From sequence record MF402939: a stretch of DNA of 64,000 bases; one strand, given 5' to 3'. Shown in pieces: positions 58,335 through 64,000 of this stretch. This DNA is from Escherichia phage OSYSP. Under the pieces are notes generated by a model. The model searched no databases, was not told the DNA's origin, and saw only the letters and a program-made list of their open reading frames with translations. The position numbers were made by a program, and so were the translations under genes. Numbering within the stretch: position 1 is the first letter of the stretch; every line of letters begins with the position of its first letter.

Positions 58335-58510
58335 CTCACTTCCATTCTTAAATGAGAATCATTATCATTCGCAGTCCACTGTCTAACCGATAATCATTTC
58401 CTTTCTTAAATGAGAATCATTTCACTTTTTGAATAGTTCTCATTTCCTTTCTTAAATGAGAATAATTATCATTCGCATTCCACTTCTTAAATGATAATGA
58501 TTCTCATTCA
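58335..58510. repeat. Cluster of at least 4 copies of TTCTTAAATGAGAAT(C/A)ATT in direct and inverted orientation
   Basis: Read from the sequence. Confidence 0.75.
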
Positions 58511-58515
58511 AAGTC

Positions 58516-58533
58516 GCAGGGCAATTGCCCTGC
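58516..58533. repeat. Perfect 18-bp palindrome GCAGGGCAATTGCCCTGC
   Basis: Self-complementary by inspection. Confidence 0.85.
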
Positions 58534-58538
58534 GCTTT

Positions 58539-59141
58539 TGTGCAAATCCGACATTGCTCCACGGGTGTTACGTGCGGGCATGTATGTGCGAATCCGACAA
58601 TTTTTGGTAGTGTGCGAATCCGACCCTAAAAACTTTTGTGATGTGCGAATCCAACAATGAATTTTCCCAAAAACTCCAGCAATCACGAACTGCGTTCGAA
58701 TCCTGTGGGATATGTGCAAATCCGACACGGTTTTTCTAGGATTAAGATGTGCAAATCCGACAAGATTTTTGTGACTTCGATGAGAGGGTGTGTGATTGTA
58801 TAGGTTTGAGGAGAAGATGAGAGAGCGAGAAAAGTTTGGGAGGCTAGAAGGATGCGGGCGCAGGATTGGTGCGGAGCACCTGATTTGCGGGGATTTTGGG
58901 GAAGAGTTGAGATAATTTGGGAAGATTTGAGATAGGTGCAGAAAAAGTAAAATTTTATTAGCAAAATGGGGCAAAATAGCTTGACAAGTGAAAATTTCTG
59001 TGGCTCTAAAAACTCAGGCAATCATGGGCCTTCGGCCCGAAATAATGCTGCCATTTTCAAGAGATTATATGTTCCTAAAAACTTAGGCGTTTGTGCAAAT
59101 CCGACCATAAATTTCTAGGAACACAATGTACAAATCCGACA
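58539..59141 (+). repeat. Iteron-like array: 8 same-orientation copies of 15-bp TGTGC(G/A)AATCCGAC(A/C) at 58539, 58585, 58611, 58642, 58713, 58748, 59092, 59127
   Basis: Direct repeats located by hand; copy 4 carries CCAACA and copy 8 TGTACA variants. Confidence 0.8.
58790..58945. repeat. Purine-rich (G/A) strand-asymmetric tract with short GAGATA / TTGGG repeats
   Basis: Read from the sequence. Confidence 0.6.
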
Positions 59142-59169
59142 GTAATTTCTGGAAATGTGTTTTCAAAAA

Positions 59170-59240
59170 ATGTCTCCTAGAAATAACCGCCCTCCCTATA
59201 ACCGCCCTGTATTAACCGCCCTGTATTAACCGCCTATTGC
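59170..59240. repeat. Short tandem repeats (A/T)TAACCGCC(CT), 4 copies, flanked by TTCTAGGAA / TTCCTAGAA inverted motifs
   Basis: Read from the sequence. Confidence 0.65.
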
Positions 59241-59662
59241 TAGAGTTTCTAGGAATATGAAAACCGCCTGAGTTGACTAGAGAAACAGATTTAAAGTTTA
59301 ATGTAAACTCTAGAGTTAGTGCTCAACTATTCCTAGAAACTTAGGAGTCTAGAAGAAAGTGTTGTGCCATCCTAGCAGATGAGCGGCAACAGGTGTATCA
59401 TCTTGAACACAAATATTGCCTTTAAATATTTTTAGTTATTTAAAAGTAAATATACCCCCATTTCATGAGAGCTTACTCGTGGGGCGCGTGAGTATTACGG
59501 AAGACTTAGTAATTAGATCTATACTCGTGCTGTCGCAACGTATAGACGTAATACTAAGTGTAATAATCATCGCCCCTAGAGTTCAAAACAAGAGTTGTTT
59601 TTAATCTATGAGATTATTATAACATGTGCCGCAATGAGTTGTCAAGAAGATTTTGTTAATGT

Positions 59663-60019
59663 TTATACATCTCCTTCGAAATTGGTATTGGGATCGTAAA
59701 TCTTTTTGGCTCCTGTATTTAATAGGAATCGTTCTGCAAGTTGTGGGTGAATATCAAAGAACTCTGTACATCCTTCGAATCCCTTTAAATTACAGCGGTA
59801 TTTCTTAAAGTAGATATGAGCAGCGGCTTCTAGATCTCTAGGGTTATGGGTTTCATAGATTCCATACACATATAAATCGTCAAAACCTCGATAGACTATC
59901 TTATCTAAGTTTAGAGTTTGAATCCTATTATGTGGATTCATGCTAATACCGATCTTTGTTCTCTTAGGGATCTTTGTCAGATCCCTGTTCGCAAGAATAT
60001 ATACTTTATATAGTGACAT
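59663..60019 (-). CDS. T5orf172 / GIY-YIG-like domain protein (118 aa)
   Basis: Pattern VYILAN ... KIGIS.NP..R resembles the T5orf172 (GIY-YIG superfamily) signature. Confidence 0.45.
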   Translation of the reverse strand: MSLYKVYILANRDLTKIPKRTKIGISMNPHNRIQTLNLDKIVYRGFDDLYVYGIYETHNPRDLEAAAHIYFKKYRCNLKGFEGCTEFFDIHPQLAERFLLNTGAKKIYDPNTNFEGDV

Positions 60020-60737
60020 TCTTTCTAGCCTTTAGATAGATTCCTTTAGATGCTAAATAAATATATGTAGCAAGGAATGAAGATGTAGATCCTGTTTCTT
60101 CAAGAGTAATAGATCCCTTTGCATAACGCTTGGTTCTAGGAGCCTGGTTAAGCACAAGCGCAGTGAGACTACCTAATCCTAGAGCATCCATTAGACGTTT
60201 GAAGGAGTCCTTTTCATCATGGATAGCGTATAGGATATAATCTTCCGCTGTAGTAAGTTCTATGTCACGATGATGTGCCACTGCAATCCGTGCTACTACA
60301 GCTCCAATCGTTCTATAAATATCTTCAAACGTGATACTAGTTTCAAATGCTAACGCTGGAAGATGATCGAACTTACATTTCTTAGGCGGAATGTATAATT
60401 GTTCTGGATATGCTTCTAATGCTTCTCTAGCGGATGTTTCTCTATAAGCCGGGAGAGGTTCATCAATGATAACATGGATATAGTTTCCCATGTGACCTTT
60501 AGCAGTGGGGTCTAAAGACTTGAGGAGTTTATTCATATCAACGTAAGAATAAGCAAGGTCGGCTTTTGCTGCTTTGTTATCATACTTAATCTTACCACCC
60601 TCCCATCTAGCTGGGAACATTTCGCAAACAAACATTACTGCATGTTTCTCTTCAGTGGTTAAATCAGAGAAACAGCGATGATCAGCCCCCTTAGCGAGGG
60701 CTAGAATATTCTTAAACTTTACAGCCAAATCTTTCAT
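60006..60737 (-). CDS. Hypothetical early protein (243 aa)
   Basis: ORF track; coupled to neighbours. Confidence 0.55.
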   Translation of the reverse strand: MKDLAVKFKNILALAKGADHRCFSDLTTEEKHAVMFVCEMFPARWEGGKIKYDNKAAKADLAYSYVDMNKLLKSLDPTAKGHMGNYIHVIIDEPLPAYRETSAREALEAYPEQLYIPPKKCKFDHLPALAFETSITFEDIYRTIGAVVARIAVAHHRDIELTTAEDYILYAIHDEKDSFKRLMDALGLGSLTALVLNQAPRTKRYAKGSITLEETGSTSSFLATYIYLASKGIYLKARKNVTI

Positions 60738-61357
60738 TAATTACCTCTCTTATCTTCATTAATGACAGCTCCCAACGCTTCCATAATTGCATCTTCTAAA
60801 CTTCCATGTTTACTAGGATTATTAAAATGAATAGTACAAACAGAACCCCTAGAAACTCCAGCATCCGCAGGTGCTACGCTTCGCATATCAGATTCAAAAG
60901 CTTCTTGGGTATGTTGCAACTGTACAGAAGGGCCGTAATCTTCACCAAACTTATATGACTTCGTACTACTTACCACACCCCCACAAGGAACATTGTGCAT
61001 ATCCGACATTAATCTTTTATCGGAGTTATTCAGCATTGAGATTGTCCCTGACTGCCATGGATCTCTAATAGTCACTGGAGTACTAGGGCGGTTCACCTCA
61101 GTCTTCACAAGTTTGTACCCTGCATCGATTAGTGCATTAATCAGGTTATCCGCCGGGATGCGAGCCGTACCAAAAATCTTACGAGCGTTGTTGAGCCTAC
61201 CTTCAAAATCTTTACATGCTTTAATATTAGTGTGTGCAAAGGTTAGCTTCATAGATTTGAACTGTACAGTGGCAGTTAAATCTTTAAAGCTATAATCCCA
61301 CGTATTCAGTTCATGATCTGGTACTACTTGAATAGATTGTTGTGCATATAAAGTCAT
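60737..61357 (-). CDS. Hypothetical early protein (206 aa)
   Basis: ORF track. Confidence 0.55.
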   Translation of the reverse strand: MTLYAQQSIQVVPDHELNTWDYSFKDLTATVQFKSMKLTFAHTNIKACKDFEGRLNNARKIFGTARIPADNLINALIDAGYKLVKTEVNRPSTPVTIRDPWQSGTISMLNNSDKRLMSDMHNVPCGGVVSSTKSYKFGEDYGPSVQLQHTQEAFESDMRSVAPADAGVSRGSVCTIHFNNPSKHGSLEDAIMEALGAVINEDKRGN

Positions 61358-61542
61358 TATTTATTCCCCAGTTTGTCTAACAGCTTATGAGCTGCTAGAT
61401 TATATTGTTTAAGTTCACGATTAAGAATTTGGTTCTCACACTTTAACTCTAAATTCTTATTATTAAGAATATTGCAGATTAGTAGAAGTGCTAGTATAAC
61501 TAGCAGAGAACCTACGAGCATTAAAAGAAAAAGAGTTTCCAT
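61357..61542 (-). CDS. Small membrane protein (transmembrane helix plus coiled coil, 61 aa)
   Basis: ORF track; hydrophobic N-terminus. Confidence 0.45.
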   Translation of the reverse strand: METLFLLMLVGSLLVILALLLICNILNNKNLELKCENQILNRELKQYNLAAHKLLDKLGNK

Positions 61543-61775
61543 TATTTAACTCCCATGTAACGTTTGAGATATATGATGAAGTCTTCTGCTGTATGCTCTA
61601 CGCTACCTTGAGCTACAAATAGCTTGAGGGCTTCACGTTGTAGTTTAAGAGCAGCCAACTCACCACGTAATTTTATTAGATCTTCTGCTAGTTCTCTAGC
61701 TCTACGCATAATAGCAAAAGATACAAGTACTACGATGAATAACATAACTACTAAAATAATTGCTATGATTTCCAT
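61542..61775 (-). CDS. Small membrane protein (transmembrane helix plus coiled coil, 77 aa)
   Basis: ORF track. Confidence 0.45.
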   Translation of the reverse strand: MEIIAIILVVMLFIVVLVSFAIMRRARELAEDLIKLRGELAALKLQREALKLFVAQGSVEHTAEDFIIYLKRYMGVK

Positions 61776-62053
61776 ATTAACATCCAGCTTTTATCACACA
61801 TTTGGGCATGATCTATCAGTTCATTCATTGATGTATTGTTATCATAAATGCACTCTAGTATATACCTTCTGTCAAATTCGTCAACCAAATATTCTACATT
61901 ATTTATTACTACTTTATACAGATCTGGGACTAGAGAGCATGTATTTGGTATGGGGCGACTGCTTAAGTCTATTTCATTATAGCCCCATGTTGTTTTAAAT
62001 AGTTTGTTACTAAGTGCTGCTAATGGATTTGACCATATAATATAGCTACTCAC
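61763..62053 (-). CDS. Hypothetical protein (96 aa)
   Basis: ORF track. Confidence 0.4.
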   Translation of the reverse strand: MSSYIIWSNPLAALSNKLFKTTWGYNEIDLSSRPIPNTCSLVPDLYKVVINNVEYLVDEFDRRYILECIYDNNTSMNELIDHAQMCDKSWMLIWKS

Positions 62054-62492
62054 TATTTATCTCCATTCTTAACTTTGAAAACTTATTATACCAAACTATA
62101 TGATTATCGTCAATTACAAATTTATGATAACATGCTGGTACGGTATAAGTTCCATAATCCGTGACACGCTGCACAACCTTGTGTACACACAGTCGACAAC
62201 CATGCCCTTCTAAATGAGATCTAGCAGTCTGCCAGTAATAACCATCATGATCTGGACAATAAATCTCGACTTGTTGCTGCATTGTTTTATAATTTACACG
62301 CTCATACCCAAAGAAAGCTCCATGAGCTGCAACGGCTTTCTTGATAAATATAAGGTTTAGTGCTTCTTGTTGAAAGTCGGGGTGTAGCTGCTTAATCTTA
62401 GTTCTATTAATAGACCCATCCGATTTTACGAATCTATTTATAGGGAAGTTGTTAGCTTCCTCGATTAATAATTCATTTACTTTTTCTCTCAT
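62046..62492 (-). CDS. Hypothetical Cys/His-containing protein (start taken at MREKVNELL)
   Basis: ORF track (62046..62594), trimmed to an internal ATG that removes the overlap with the upstream gene. Confidence 0.4.
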   Translation of the reverse strand: MREKVNELLIEEANNFPINRFVKSDGSINRTKIKQLHPDFQQEALNLIFIKKAVAAHGAFFGYERVNYKTMQQQVEIYCPDHDGYYWQTARSHLEGHGCRLCVHKVVQRVTDYGTYTVPACYHKFVIDDNHIVWYNKFSKLRMEINSE

Positions 62493-62493
62493 A

Positions 62494-62697
62494 CTAAATA
62501 GTCTCACAGCTAAGGTGGAAACATTCGTAAGCATCTCCAGTAAACTCTTTATCTTGTAGTATACACTTAGCCTGGTCTTCCGGTACTCCAACATCTAATA
62601 ATTGTTGTTTACTTGGCTTTTCAGCGAATACTTTTACAAAATACTCACCATCCTGATTATACTCATTTATATCTCTAGTAAGGACATACACTTGCAT
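62494..62697 (-). CDS. Hypothetical protein (67 aa)
   Basis: ORF track. Confidence 0.4.
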   Translation of the reverse strand: MQVYVLTRDINEYNQDGEYFVKVFAEKPSKQQLLDVGVPEDQAKCILQDKEFTGDAYECFHLSCETI

Positions 62698-62753
62698 TTG
62701 AAGTTCCTTGAAAACACAAAAGGCCAGAACAATTAAGTCCTGGCCTCCTAAAA

Positions 62754-63125
62754 TTAATGAAGTTGTTTACCACTTCTTAACATAGTGGCCGTTTCCATAA
62801 GACCTAGCGTAGCATCACGCTTATTGATCTGTTTACCAAGTTCATCAGTACGTTTACTGATGTAAGCATTAATAGCCATATTCATAGCTGTAGCGAGATC
62901 TTCTTTGGTTATCTCTTCATCGTCTAAAGCTAATTTAGCCAAAGAATCAAATGTGCTAGAGAGTCCTATAAGATCTGAGGTTTCTCCCGCCAAAATAGGA
63001 TTAATATTATCTACTGTTACTTCTAGCATGGAGTTGACAATATCTTCACCGTCTATTAGACCAGTTTCAATATTACTCTCCCACTCCTTCATCTGCTCCA
63101 ATAATGGATTTTTCTTTTCTGTCAT
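62754..63125 (-). CDS. Hypothetical acidic protein (start taken at MTEKKNPLL)
   Basis: ORF track (62754..63191), trimmed. Confidence 0.4.
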   Translation of the reverse strand: MTEKKNPLLEQMKEWESNIETGLIDGEDIVNSMLEVTVDNINPILAGETSDLIGLSSTFDSLAKLALDDEEITKEDLATAMNMAINAYISKRTDELGKQINKRDATLGLMETATMLRSGKQLH

Positions 63126-63534
63126 GGTAGAGGTTTCCTGTGTCAGTCGGTAAGAAGGATGATTGCGTTTTAGGTGGATGTTGCTTAGCAATCCAGTTAA
63201 GAATCAGCACGCGACTAGGAACAATATCGGTGTTATACCAAAAATCGTGAACCCATTGACGAGCATCTTCAAACTTACCAAATTTATATGCTTTCTTAAA
63301 CAATTCAAATCCAAAACAATCTGGTGTAAAGTCTACTTCGCGATATTGAATTACTTTAGAACCAGTTAGGTCTTGGATCGCTGCATTAATTTCTGTATGC
63401 GAGAATTTTGTTTCATGAAACTTATTAAAGAATCGGTAGTTGAAGCGTCCGTTCGTTTCGACAAACAACTGGATGAAGAGATCGTTAAATTGGTTATCAA
63501 ACCAGTAATTCTGTAGTTGTTGTAGTGCTGTCAT
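63073..63534 (-). CDS. Hypothetical protein (153 aa)
   Basis: ORF track. Confidence 0.45.
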   Translation of the reverse strand: MTALQQLQNYWFDNQFNDLFIQLFVETNGRFNYRFFNKFHETKFSHTEINAAIQDLTGSKVIQYREVDFTPDCFGFELFKKAYKFGKFEDARQWVHDFWYNTDIVPSRVLILNWIAKQHPPKTQSSFLPTDTGNLYHDRKEKSIIGADEGVGE

Positions 63535-63731
63535 TTACGAACTCCGTTAATTTCCACGATGATGCCTTCGTACATAAAAGGAAGTAGTTCAGAAGTGTAG
63601 AAGATATTTTCCGTTATTCCTAGATGTCGAAAAAGTATATTAAATAATGCTGTTAGAAATACAATCTGAGGCAGTAATACAAAATACTCAGTTATAATCT
63701 TTGGTGCCTGATAAACAAGACGTTTTACCAT
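63531..63731 (-). CDS. Small membrane protein (66 aa)
   Basis: ORF track; hydrophobic core. Confidence 0.4.
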   Translation of the reverse strand: MVKRLVYQAPKIITEYFVLLPQIVFLTALFNILFRHLGITENIFYTSELLPFMYEGIIVEINGVRK

Positions 63732-64000
63732 TGTTTTTAAGTCTCCTTATTACTTTGGCCTGCTCCACAATAATGAAAACTGCGAGCACTAATAGTGCTA
63801 TTAGTCCCGCAGTAATTGGTACTAAATCAATCATGGTAGACGCCATACGTAATTAGCTGTCTGTAGGATCTTAGGTGTGTCATTATGATACATTACTACA
63901 GACTTTGGTGAGTAGCTATCAGCTAGTTCTTTACGAATCATTTCACACTCTTCACCAGTATCAATATTTTTAACTATCACTTTCATATTAAGTGGTGTTA

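Noticed and set aside
58504-59021. ORFs 58504..58974 and 58683..59021 on the minus strand
   Set aside because: They fall entirely inside the repeat-dense non-coding locus, have no ribosome-binding sites and give low-complexity products; most likely spurious.
58539-59141. Possible CRISPR array, given the multiple direct repeats
   Set aside because: Repeat unit is only 15 bp, spacing is irregular (26 to about 345 bp) and no cas genes are present; better explained as an iteron or protein-binding array.

Overview
This window reads as a contiguous segment of a T5-like siphophage genome (Tequintavirus-like), judged from gene order, protein lengths and motifs, and a near-verbatim match to the classic T5 P-N25 early promoter at about 3830-3900. 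No database search was run; all calls are from reading the sequence. Layout: (1) 0.2-21.7 kb, plus-strand early replication/recombination module (large P-loop ATPase, split NAD-dependent ligase, DnaB-like helicase, primase, family A DNA polymerase, SF2 helicase, SbcCD-like nuclease, Hjc-like resolvase, flap endonuclease, dUTPase), driven by repeated strong sigma70-type promoters. (2) 21.9-47.6 kb, minus-strand late module (L-shaped tail fibre with C-terminal chaperone, collar, pb4/pb3/pb9-like tail tip proteins, tape measure, chaperones, tail tube, connector proteins, capsid, protease, decoration, portal, HNH, terminase, receptor-binding protein), then a plus-strand lipoprotein gene (Llp-like). 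(3) 48.0-58.0 kb, a block that looks GC-richer by eye, carrying dmp/A1/A2-like pre-early genes on the minus strand and a plus-strand operon of small unknown proteins interleaved with unannotated hydrophobic micro-ORFs. (4) 58.0-59.5 kb, dense non-coding repeats (DnaA boxes, an 8-copy 15-bp iteron-like array, palindromes), the best candidate for an injection-stop/terminal-repeat boundary locus. (5) 59.6-64 kb, minus-strand small early genes. The most interesting unexplained structure is in (3)-(4): a 42-bp inverted repeat pair carrying DnaA boxes flanks the plus-strand operon, next to the iteron array. No rRNA, tRNA or CRISPR was recognised.
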